NCBI GenBank assembly: GCA_002633005.1
Contig: NMRA01000083.1
Span: 835,161-899,160, forward strand
Reading direction: 5' to 3'
Origin: Phoronis australis
Lineage: Eukaryota > Animalia > Phoronida
DNA: 64,000 nucleotides
Position numbers and translations under genes: made by a program. Below are positions 12,463-40,300 of the stretch, piece by piece (within the stretch, counting starts at the first letter, position 1; each line of letters begins with the position of its first letter). The notes below the pieces were generated by a model that worked only from the letters and a program-made list of their open reading frames with translations, ran no database searches and had not been told where the DNA came from.

Positions 12463-14867
12463 CGTTTCTAGTGCGTTCGAGTTACTGTGAGGCTCCGCTC
12501 TACTCAGTGTTTTTGTGCTGGTTTCCTTAAACTGTCGTCACCACTTCCCATCGACGAATATTCTACGACAAGGTTGTTAGAGAACTCAATTACGTTGAAT
12601 TTAGGAACTTAGTTTGTACTTCAGTAGCAGCGGGCGAATTAATGTTTGAGCCTGCATGGTATAGTGCGACAGAACACACTGAGAGGGATATATGAGGCAG
12701 AGACTGAGGACAGACGTGGGTGGGATGTCTTCGTGCAAATGCAAGGTGTGTACTGTCATGCCGACCCCAGTGCCTATGCGCTGTTCCCGGGACCTGAGGA
12801 CCCAAACTGCTTACATCAGTCCAGCCGTGTGACTCCCTCGCCACACACCTGGCACCTTCTAAATAGCTCCAATACTTATAAGTCAAGTCCAAAAAAACGT
12901 CATCAAAGTTTGGCTCGCCGGCTTGACCACAGGACGACGACTCCTCCCCAAAATGGGTGTCAAACTTGGCCTGACCACTCAGGCTACTCAACATCGCTGC
13001 AGGACTCAGCTTACAAGCTCCGGGCTGGAGACAACCCGGTGAGCACAGGGCGAGTCACTGTTAGTTTTCGGAATTGCACGCTCTGGCGTACGTTCGGATC
13101 AAGGCACGGATGACAGTACTAGTCATGCTCCTTCGCGAACGTAGGTATGAAGGCGAGATCTCCGAGTCGGCTGGCAAATTTCTAATGAAAGTTGCTAAAA
13201 TCCGGAAAGAATGCACAAATTTCCGGGCCAAAGAAAAAACTGTATTGGAAAAATAATCATGAAACCTAGTAGGACTGACGACTACTGATCAAAAGCGCTT
13301 GCAGTCACTAACGTAGAGGCCATAGAGCTCGCGAGGCCACTCGCATCAAAAATGCCACTTCTCGGGGGTGGCGACGGGGTACTGCAGGGAATCAACACCG
13401 ACAGTATGGCACCCTTCTTCAGGGATCGTTCAGCAGGAACCTTCACCGATTCCGAGTACATATCTCTTTCGTAATAAACGGCAGAAAATGCTTGACGGCG
13501 CGCTCGGTATTGGCGGTACGTTGGTGGACGGTAACGTTACGTTTTTCTTCACACGAACGAGCCAAGTAGGCTATGAGGGAGCGTGTCATCTTTCGGAAAG
13601 CCGTGTAGTGGCATACCCAAAGTGCGCGTGAGACGATTACCATTACTTTTATATTGAAACACTACTGCGGTTAAGCTGGTCAGACCTTACACACAAAGGA
13701 ATCAACAGGTGGAAGTTAAGTCTAACTTCTCTGAAAGTCAACGGTTTTTCTCCACTCAAGATTTTTGGTGAAAGGTATTTCAAACAAAACACATCTGCTT
13801 CAAGACATTTTTTTAAAGTCGTTTGCAAATAGTATTTTTAATTATCGGTTAGTGTCAGGCGCGCTGTTTACAACATAATTGCTGGATTACGTAAGCTTAC
13901 AGGATGAAAGCAGACAATCAGGACTATGTGAACATTGGCGTGCCACTGCAGTGCGCGTAGTGGTAAAATTTGAGGTAAGTATGTAGGTGCCCAATGCCCA
14001 CCGTATCACCTTGAGCATTGAATTTCAAAAGTGCATTGAATTCGCAAAACCCGACTCATAAACATTTAGACCTATTTTTGACTCACGAGTGGGTATTTAC
14101 TTCTTGTCTGCAGTGACGAATGGTAGTAGGATGTCCGCCGAAGAAAGGGGCCCAAGCACACATATTGGAGGGCAAGGGTTCGCGTGCAGTGCAAGTGGTC
14201 CCTGAGGGGGGGGGGGAGCAAACACAATTTTAAAGGAAAACAGGCGTGTAACACTCAGAAGGGATATGCTGGCGGCGTTTTAGTCGCCCGCGGTTGTGTT
14301 CTCGGGGCCTTTCCGTTCCCCTTCATCCGTCTAGTATGATACGACACCATAATTGTTGCTTTCTATTGAAATATTAATCTAAAATTTCATTACTCGGCGA
14401 ACATATGTTATTCCGTACGCTTCAAAAACTAATTTCACAAACACGTTATGTTACATAAAATCATGTTTTAACCCGGATACCATCAGCTACGTTTTGGGGT
14501 CCAACATGCCCAGAATAGAGCAAAACGACTGCTCACCATTGTCAAGTCAACACCAAAAGTTCACAACATTTGTCCAGGACGTATGATCACGCGCGCCGGA
14601 ATATTCGGCAACAATGCTGTCGTCAGCGTAGCAGTGCATCGATAACGTAAGCTATTGTATCAAGACTACGCCCCACTTACCGTCACTTACTGTGCGTACC
14701 CCTTACGTACCCTGGCCATCTATCACCCAACCATATGTCCTTATGTAACCAGACCACCTACCACTTACCTACCCAGGCAATCTACCCCTCACGTACCTCT
14801 ACCACCTTTCCCTTGTATACCTCGACCCTCTATTCCTTACGAAGTCGACCATCTATCCCTCATGTAC

Positions 14868-14948
14868 ATCCGTCTATCCCTCATGTACATCCGTCTATCC
14901 CTCATGTACATCCGTCTATCCCTCATGTGTATCCGTCTATCCCTCATA
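14868..14948. repeat. 21-bp minisatellite (ccgtctatccctcatgtacat), about 4 copies
   Basis: Direct tandem copies visible. Confidence 0.9.
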
Positions 14949-17302
14949 CCTCGATCCCCTTTCCACCATAAAGATGTAATCTGAAGCTGTCAACAACTTT
15001 GATAACTTTTGGACGTTGACTCCTCAATAAAGTGGCCCCTGGTATGGTCTGAACAAAGGATATCCCGATTTTGGCCTATTAACAGATATTGAAAACATTC
15101 CCATCTAATTCCATGCAACAAAATAAGGCTCAAATATTTTGAGCAAACTTTTGAAAATTTATTTGAACAACTGTAGTGAAAGACCAGTCACCAAGAAACA
15201 TTAATATCCTATCTGTGACAAAGGAAGTATGAGTTTTTGTGTGAAATCTGTTTTGATCACTCAAAGGTGTATTAACAAGTGACAGAACAAGGATTGATTG
15301 AAAACCCCCAAACAGGGTTTGGTATCCTTTTAACACATGAAACTCTAGACTGAGAAAAATCTGCAGCACTGTAAACAAAATAGTATTGCAAGTCTCCATC
15401 GGAAGGAACGTTTTATTTTGAAATGTTATTCTTTGTTATGATGACACTGCTGTGAATAATAGTGTTTGCATGCACAAAGAAAAATTAAAATTTCTGACAA
15501 CTCAATATATTAAATCACAACATGCCTCATTAACACAAAATTTACATATGTGTGATGGTTATGAATGAACCAGGTGTGAATGCTGTATTCAATAATCCAA
15601 GTCTAAGGATTCTAAACACTCCATCTGTCCCCGAACAAGTCCCAATGTCTGTTCCATGGCTCTCTAGATGTCTCTGTATAAACACACACACTCTTCTAGT
15701 ACAGAATGGAATTACTGGGCCACTTCTGCAACAGAAAAACAAAGCAAGATCATGTATAGCTGATAACAATGACAGTAATCAATCAATCAATGCAACCATC
15801 CCAGTCAGTAAATTCTGGCCAAAATGTCATACCTTCAGAGTCCTCCACAACATAAAAGTCATATCACGACAGGAATAGAACAATTCATGAACAGGTTGGG
15901 GCCTGGGGAGTTTGCATGTAATGCCACGAAATCGGTTACTGATTCAGTTTCATTACCATTATGGCCAATAATTGCTAAGCGTAATTTCTCAATGCAGACA
16001 TAACGATGACTGCGTCTTTTTTAACACACTGGTCGCTAGTTTTTACACTGGTTGCGGAACATTCAAACAAGTCGGGAGTGTGGCCAAACCAGTCGCTGCA
16101 ACAGGTTCAAAGCAGTCGTGGAGAACACTGCATTGAACAAGGGCAAACTGTTCATAAGGCTAAAATTACTTCAAAAATGACTGATTTCCTACGAGTTCAA
16201 ACTTATTGCAATGCTTTTATTATCCCAAAGCAGGTGAGCGAAAGTAAGCAAAACTGAAAACAGGTTGCACAGGACAGTCACACTTCTTGAAAATAGAATT
16301 AATGATGTCCATATAGCAATAAAATGTGGTTGTTGATACATCCAGGAGAGTTCAGTGTACCCGGAATTAAATCTTGTCCACTGTGTTTCTGCCAATTTTC
16401 AGTACCATCTTCCCTTTGAAGGAGGCGTGATGCCTCCAAGGTTCTAGGAGTTTAATTTTGTCAGTATTGTCCAGAAGACCATAATAAAAGTACAAGCCTA
16501 TACAGTCTTTACAGTAGACAGATAGAAGTTGACTTACTGTTCACTTCTGGTTTCCCATCTTTCCACCTGGTAATTTTAACATTCGTGGCTTCCCTCTTCA
16601 ATGCTTCTGTTTTGAAGTTGGGCTTTAAGCTTCGTCTAACCACAGCGGCACATATTGACGAATACTGGACATAGCTGAAAGAGTGACAGCCATACTAAGT
16701 ATTGGAAGTTATAACTTGGAAGGATATACGGTTAGTAGGATTTTCCAGAATTCAAATCCAGGCTATGTGAGAAATGCTCTCAAAGGGTATGCAATACCAG
16801 CAATCAATATTAAAAAAGTTTTAAACACGTATGTTGAAGTCTTCACATTCATCTCCATTGGACACTGAAATCAAACCTTGTTAAATCCCCATTTTGGATT
16901 TGATTACCAGCATGTTTGCAGTTACATGACACTGTAATGTGTTGTAATAGAAAATAAATAGACTGAATCAAATCTCACTAATTCAAAGTTGAAACATCAT
17001 AGGTTACTAGCACCTCTGTCCAGAATTTAACTTCCCTTCCAGTGGCAGATTTAGAGGGGTGACAAGGGGGGCATGCCCCCCCCCTAAATTCTCCCACATT
17101 CCATTTGGCAGTTCAGGGGTGCAAATGTCTGACGGGCAAAATCCTGGCTGATACTCTGCCATGGCCCCCCAACTCAAAATCCTGGAGACACCTCTGCCTT
17201 CACAATCACTTTGTATGATTTTTTCTCTTTAGCATTGTTCAACACACCACATTGTAATTGTCTCAATTCAACTGAAAAAATAGTGTCACTGCACTCTGAA
17301 CT

Positions 17303-18365
17303 CACTGTGCATGCCAGGAGATATGACGTCATATCTCCTGGTGCACACAGTGTAAGAATGGCCACTTGACGACTTGGGCAACTGAATGAAGGACTGTTCA
17401 AAAAAAATCTGATTACGGGAGTATTTGTTCGAGTTGGCACGAATTAAAGACATTGGCAGCCTCCTAAGGTGTCTTTCTATGCACAAAAGGTACTTAAAGA
17501 ACCTACATAACGGCCAAATGACTTTTGAAAATGTTAAATATCTGTATCATTGATCGACACAAAAATAGGTGGTTTAATCAGTGTGAGGCATAATTTAGCC
17601 GAAAAGCTTCCGGTGTAAGAAGGGCCTATGAGAGCATCACCATCTCTACTACGCCAGCTAGAGGCGGTGGTCACTGTCTACTCCTATATGAGCTTCATAC
17701 CTTGGAAGCTTTCCGGCGAACTGTGCCTCACACTGACTAAAACATCAAAGTCACGTTGTTATAAATACGTTTTGCACATAGAGGGGCACTTTAGGAGGCC
17801 GTCGATGTATTTAATTCCATCCAACTCGAAGAAATACTCCCGTTATCAAACTTTTTCTTCGAGCACTTCATCGTTCAGTTCCCAATATCAGAAATTTGCC
17901 ATATTTAACGATGCGCGCAGCAGGTGGTATAACATCATATCCCCTGGCGTGCACAGTGTAAAAATGGCCAGTTGCCGATTTTGGGAACTGAACGAGGGAT
18001 TGCTGAAAGAAAATGTTTGATAACGGGAGTATGTCTTCGAGTTGGAAGGAATTAAATACATTGACGACCTCCTAAGGTGCCCCTCTATGTGCAAAACGTA
18101 TTTATAACAACCCGACTTCGATGTTTTAGTCAGTATGAGGCACAATTTGCCGGAAAACTTCCGACGTATGACGCTCATATAGGAGTAGACAGTAACCACT
18201 GCCTCTAGCTGGCCTAGTAGAGACGTCGTAGCACAGCACCACCGCCTCTACTTAGCAGTCTTACCAGTAGAAACAACATGACTTCGATGTTTTGGCCAGT
18301 GTAAGCCATAGTTCACCCAAAAGTTTCTGGCGTATGAAGCCCCTATAGGAGCAGCACCGTCTCTA
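17303..18365. repeat. Array of ~280-300-bp units in alternating orientation (palindromic array)
   Basis: Near-perfect palindrome centred on gatatgac|gtcatatc (17303-17352). Unit A at 17330-17630, inverted A at 17660-17925, A at 17940-18215, partial A at 18270-18365. Confidence 0.85.
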
Positions 18366-19637
18366 GATGACCAATATTTAGCCAGGTCGCTTGACCGTAC
18401 GGCAGCTTGGGTAGCTGTAGCCTTGGTGCAAAGCTGTACACAAAATAAACAGCTTTGCGCCGATGTGGGTATAGGAGTGGTAGGATAAAATCTGACACGG
18501 AAATTACCGATGAATTACGGAAGGACGGCGTGATCGACATTGTGACTTTACGCGACAAACTGGCAATTTCCGTACCGTCCTTGACCTCGAGCCGTCCAAG
18601 ATGGAAGTGTGTTTGGGCTTTTTGTGAACATTTTTGTTCTTTGACAGCGAATTTCTTACGAAGTCGACGGAACAGGACACCGTGAATGCCGTGAATGGTA
18701 TTGGAAGAAAGAACAATTGCCAATGGTTTGTTTTGTGTAAATTTATTGAGTTTTATGTTAGCTATGGAGGGCTGAAGCACCTGTGGAATTTCTAGTCGGG
18801 AGTGTCATACCTTGTAGTATTATATGTAGTGAATTGCGGACAATCAGAAGCTGAGGACGCGTGTGTGTACAGCTATGGCTTGTGCAAGTTGTGGGTAGCT
18901 GACGCCACCGGTAGATACCTACCGGGTCTCTTACATAACGACATACTGTATAAGTTACAATAACATTTCGCCACATTTAAGACACCGTTTGAGTCACAAT
19001 CATTTACTTACTTCATTCCTATTTGTCTCCAAAATGCGCCCATAGTGGAAAGGATTTTCACTTCACAGGCACTCGCAAGACTTCTAAGATGGTGGAGGAT
19101 TGTATACTCTCAAACCAAGTTTTAGGAATATAATCTTGTACATTCACAAATAAAAGGGTTGTTAATGGAAAAATAAAATATCTAATAACATTTGAAAATA
19201 TGAAATTTTATATTTTACAGACAAAAAAGTCTCAAAAGCATTTTTGTGACCAAATTTTGAAAATATCCCGTATGTAGGTCAAGATGCAGGTCAAGCCATC
19301 AATACACGGAAGACGGCTGGTGGTTGTGCGTTATGCCATGCTGCAAATGAAAAATTATCGCCGATTAATGCCGAGGGCAAAGGTTTGTATTAATCAGACA
19401 TTTACCACATTCCGAAATAAGTTGTTTTTTAAAACAATACGCCATTAAACCATTCTTTAGCAACATGCGCATGAATTATTGCTCTATGTGTTGACGGTTA
19501 AACATTTACATCCCAAGCAAAACGTAGCCTTGGTACAAAGGCAGCTGTACTGTATATATCTAGCTGTATTTTGACGATAGTCTTCATACAGCTAGCTGGC
19601 TGGCTACCCAAACTGATGTTAGACAGTGCTGCTGTGC

Positions 19638-34965
<15,328 letters not shown>

Positions 34966-36562
34966 CAAACGAGCAGCATTAGGGTTTAGAGTGGAAGGAT
35001 CAGCTGCTGAGCCGAGTTTTCAGATAAAAAGTAAACAATGAGAAGTCACCATCACATTACTAGGGAAACTTGTCTATCGAAACTCATAACCCTCCTTGCC
35101 ATTCCCGCTCCAGCCAGTCTCAATTCCATTTATTACGACGTAGTTGATTTGTATGAATATGTGTTGTGTGAGGCGTGTTGTGACATCTTGCAGTTACTCC
35201 TCCTCAGTGAATTCAACGTTTCATGCTGCAGAGGAGAGTCACAAATTTACAGTTTAAGTGAACCTGGTTTTTGAGGTGTTGCAATGGCAGTTCAAGTCCA
35301 GGATTTAAGCTTTCACGTTGAATGAAACTCTCCGAAAGGAGAGTATTGCAATATTTGTCTGTTGAAAGTCAACGATATTGGCTCTAGGGAGGAAAGGATG
35401 GCGTCAGGACTGTGATGGTTTGCTGACAACATTTAATGACAATCACTTGAATGGTAAAGGTATTACTAAATCTGTTTTGTCGGTTTCACATAATTTAGAA
35501 CACAGTGTCGTCCTGCCCAGAGAGATAAAAAAGCAACACTTCTCAATTGCAAAGTGAATGCAGTTTCAACATTAGAGGTCTTCCCTACAGCTGTTGATAC
35601 ATTTGCCTGTTGTTAATTGCCTATTTGGTATTTTTGTGCAGTTTGATTCAAGTTTTGGAGTGTTACAGAAAAATTATTTTGTTTCAAATCTTGTGGACTT
35701 AAAAAGGGTTTGGTACGTTTTTAACTGGTCGGATAGGTTTCTGGTTAGAAGAGCGTGGTTTAGGGCTTGGACTTAGTTGCTGCCATTTTGCAAGGATTGG
35801 TTTAGTTCAATACTGCTGCATAAGTTCTTGTGCGAGGTGCAAAATGTCTCTTGCCATTTTGGCAATACGTCATGCACATTAAGCGAGTGTTTTATTTGGA
35901 CACAAGAATGTTTTTGTTCCATGATGGTGTTTAATGATGAACATGAAGCTGAAAAGTGCTACAGTGTACTCGTCTGCTACAAGGTTTAATTTTTTGTATC
36001 ATTAAATCAGAATTTGTGAAACTTGCCATTTTTAGGCAAGTCAGTTCTACTTTATGTGGTGTAGGATTGTTTTTTACTTGGTTTACTGAAAAAGTGACGT
36101 TTTGAAAAAATGTTTGGACCAAAATATTGTTCAGATGAGGATCAGCTGGTAAACTTTTATATGCTGCATCTTGGCTGTATTTACAAAATCAGGTTTAAGT
36201 GTTGTTGAATGTGAAGTAGAAAATCTTAGTTTCATTAGATTAGCTCCTCACACTCTTGTTATTGATCAAAAAAACTTTGTTGAAGGTCAGTGCAAATCAC
36301 ATGTATGCGATTTGACCTCCACATGCCATGCAGTGCCTTGTCATTGATAAATATTCCATCTATCGACAGGCTGATGAACATCATTCTGCAAAACAATGTG
36401 TCCGCCTCAAGGAGTCGTACTTATAACACTTATAACTAAGCATTGGGACCTTTTTGTCTTTGTTTTGAAGTCAATGAAGTAATACGTGTCGAATTGAACA
36501 ATGGAGATTCTATTTAATGTTGTTGGACTAGACTAGTTACATGTACCACTCGAAAGTTAACA

Positions 36563-36584
36563 TCAATAAAAGCTTGTTTATTGA
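36563..36584. terminator. Back-to-back polyadenylation signals for the convergent DEF8 (+) and BUD23 (-) genes
   Basis: tcAATAAAagcttgTTTATTga: AATAAA on + at 36565-36570 and on - at 36582-36577. Actual use is inferred. Confidence 0.5.
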
Positions 36585-37373
36585 ACTTAACAAATACGTA
36601 TAACCCTATGGCTCAGCATTGATCATAGTGGAAGAATCAAGACACATCCATGATTAGGAGAGCAACAAGAAACTTTTGAAAAAACATTGCTGCCTCTCAT
36701 CATCACCCTCATGACATTATTCGTGACGTCACACACTAGTTCCATTCACTTTGAGAAAGACCACAGTACGCGAGGTCGAAAACGTTACCTAGCGAGATAT
36801 CACAATAATTACTTGTGTGATCAACTTGTCCCAGTGCATGAGTCGAACGCGGAGGGCAACCTTGACAGAAACCTCAATCCATACTGTAATTATCACCCAA
36901 GAAGTGGGTCAACCAATGTTACCAATACACAATTTGTTGTTCATTGTGTGTGCATATTATTTAGGCCCATGCGACTACCTGAAATGATGCATTTTTCTAA
37001 CAAAATATATTGCTCATGTACGCATGCACCTAAAGCTAGACACATACATAGATCACATGCAGTTGCATAGACTGGGCCTGAATACAGGTGTGGGTAGTTA
37101 ATATCTGTTTTAACAGTTACATTCAGGCCCTTCTCTGAGTTTGGAATAGAACTTAGAGCTTCATTAATACAGCTTTCATGATGGGCTAACTAAAACTCGC
37201 CGATTCATTCTGCAGCTACAACAAAGCTGCAGCGTGCACCTCCTTTTGGACAAACAACGTACAACAGGAGTCTTCTAGCTTTATTTTTTCCCAGCCCTCA
37301 TTGCAGTCTCGTGCAACAGGTGGCAGTCCAGAACCAACCCCTTCTCGAGTATTTTATAAATTAAACGAACCCA

Positions 37374-40300
37374 CTAAAACACGACTTTCCTTTTCCTCGC
37401 AGAGTACTTGGAATCTTTCCGCGTCTCCCTGAAACATTTATAACAATCTCTTATAATTGTAGAAAAACGATTTTATCCATCTCTTTAACTGCACTCAAAC
37501 TGGTCACATAATATAGTTTCAAAGAACAAATTCAAATGGATGTATTTAACTGAAAAATTTTACAAAAAGTTTGTTGAACATGACATCCGACTGGCCAAGA
37601 TAAATCCAAAATGTCCATTATAACACAAAAAACAGGTCATGCAAGTAATGATGCTCACAAATACAAACTCGTTCAATGCCAACATGGGTCAAAGAACAAC
37701 AGAAAGTGGCAAATAACTGCAGAGGCAATGACAGGGTCAAGCAAAATAACCTCATGCTTCAGTGTCTTAGCTCTAATGTTTCGTTGCGATTAACACACAG
37801 TCTGTATCAACACATACTTCCCCTGCCTCCTCCGTCTTTCCTTCTTCTCAAGAATCCAATCTCGACTTTTCTTGATTGATTTTCCTCGAGCCTGTTTTAC
37901 TTTCTCCCTGAAGGATACGGCAGACATGATATTGAAGGGGAACATTGACTGTATTCATTTGTAGCGTGGGATACTTGTTTAGAATAAGTTGGATGCACAA
38001 GAAATTGTGGCTAAACGTGTGCCTGCTTTGACAGAAATCTTGCTAAATGGAAGACCAGAAAGAGCCAGGCGCATGACCCAAGCAAAATCTTGTTCGTTGG
38101 TGAAAAGGTCTGTAGTGAAGGTCAGCATCACCATCACCTGTCACTTGCTGGCTTCACAATCAGTAAGGGTCATCTCCTGGTCAGGCTATGTTAACTTCAA
38201 CCATGTTTTACGACCACAGTTTCAGTAGGCAAGATTTTTGAGGTGAAGGTCAACTTGACCTTGACCTTTGACTTTTCAAATCCCAAAATGACAGCCAGCT
38301 TTCAGTCATGATCAAATTTCCTACTAAGTACGATGACCGTAGCCTGGGTGCCCTCTAGTTATTAATGCACAGGTCTAGTGATCGACAACTAACCGACCGA
38401 CACCTGCAAGGTATTATTTCCCACTGAGGAAAGGGAATATCAACAATGAAAATGTTAAAAAAAATAAATTATCTTCTTTTTAAAGCACATAATACAAAAC
38501 TCTTAGACCCACTGCTCGCGACGAAGAACCCAGACAAACATCCTATCGCTCCACAGGACCATGTTTCGCTACTGACCTTTTACTTGCAAATGCAATGTGA
38601 TTCTCAGTCTCTGCCTCTGTGCCTAGGCCTTGGGGTAACTGTTGCGCACCGCCAGTAAATAAACACAGGAACATTCTACAAAAATACAAGGCTCTTATAT
38701 CACATAGGAAATGGACTTTAAAAACCTCAGTCTACTTTGAAAATGAGATCCCTAAACAATCTTAATTTTACATGACTACTTAAAGATTGAAAGAAGTACC
38801 GTCTTTAAAACACAATTTGGGTGCCATACAAGCCATTAAACCAGTATGTGAACTGACTAAAAATAAAAGACAGAATTGATTTGAACTATTCCAGAATTAA
38901 ACAATTTTCATCCGTCACAGGGGTTCTCATTAAGAGGGGGAAATGCTTTTTCGAAATTCGTGATCGGGCCCTTTTTGTGGCCGTGATTCTGGAAATGTAG
39001 GTGAAAAATGCAGTGTTTCGGGAATGGAGATTTATTGAGATTGGGATCGAAACGAATTTGACACTGGGAAAAGTGTCCAAAAACCCGGAAACCTGGAATG
39101 GGACAACTCCCTCTATTAACACATATTTTTCAAACAAACCCTATATTTTAATTATAAACTACAGTTCATTTCTTTTCTCTTAAACCTAACAAGAACGTCA
39201 TTGTACACCTTGTACTCTGAAGATGCTTGAATTTCCGCTTGATCACAAATTTTCAGAACTCTACATCTTTTCAGTAGCCTGTCTGGCATATTTGGCCACT
39301 GTGAGTGACACGATTGTTACAACTGTGCTCGCTTCAGATTCATTCATCATATCAATATAAATGCTGCTGAACAAGGTAAACTCTGGCCCCTGGACAGTAT
39401 CCAGTGTTCTCCACTACCTGTTTTAACGTGTTACTGCAATCTGCGTGTCGGCACTTGCGACGTGCTTGAATGCCTCACGACCTTTTTGAATGTTTGGAAA
39501 AAACAAGTCGCTATCATTAACAATGTCAATACAAAACCAAGTGGGTAAAAACACAAGCAAATGTGCAATACAGAAAACATAGGCAATAGTGACTTTGAGG
39601 GATCCCAGGTTTTGAGAACCAGTTTGACACCTGCAATTTAGTACTGAAAACTGATTCTGAAAATGCAGGACCCCTGTTCGCTTCCACCACCTTCGCATAT
39701 TTCCGACGACTTTTGAGTTTTCAGTGGTGGAGAACACTAGCACCGTACGAGATTCTCACTTTTTAGCCTTTGTGCTGTTGGGGTAATCCACTACCAGTCC
39801 ACCTGTGAATCCTGCCTTCATTGCCTGAGCTGTCATTAACTCCAGCTGCAACAAGAAAACTTTCCTGACACCAAGTTTCTAAAGCCACCAATCAGAGACC
39901 CTAACCTCTTCAATCTCTTCTGCCAATGACTTAAGTTTCGGTTCATATTGTTCTCATGTTATTGGATAAATTCAGTTGACATTAAGTTTTGCAATTGCTT
40001 AACACGTGGTGCTATATTTGACAATAGGAATTCAACATCCAACCTGTACATAAGCTCATGAAGGTTTTCGTTCTCTTAGCACACCACAAGTATCAATATA
40101 CCTCTCGTAAAAGTGATTTTACTTCGGAATCCAGACTTATTGCTTTTGTCAAGTTGTAACATTTTGACCCTCATCTGAAAGGCTTTCATCAAGTGTCTGA
40201 TCATTCCACACTACACTCCACCAATCAGGGTACAGGATATTGTAAAATACCGCAGAAAGATGGGAAAGAATGGGTCAAGATTTCAAAGTGTTTTGAAATT

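Noticed and set aside
15540-16400. RhoGAP-like fragments on the minus strand (PVIPFC..VCVFIQ..DGVFRI; GPNLF)
   Set aside because: The motifs occur in the wrong order for one RhoGAP domain and are short and interrupted by stops; cannot be supported without a search.
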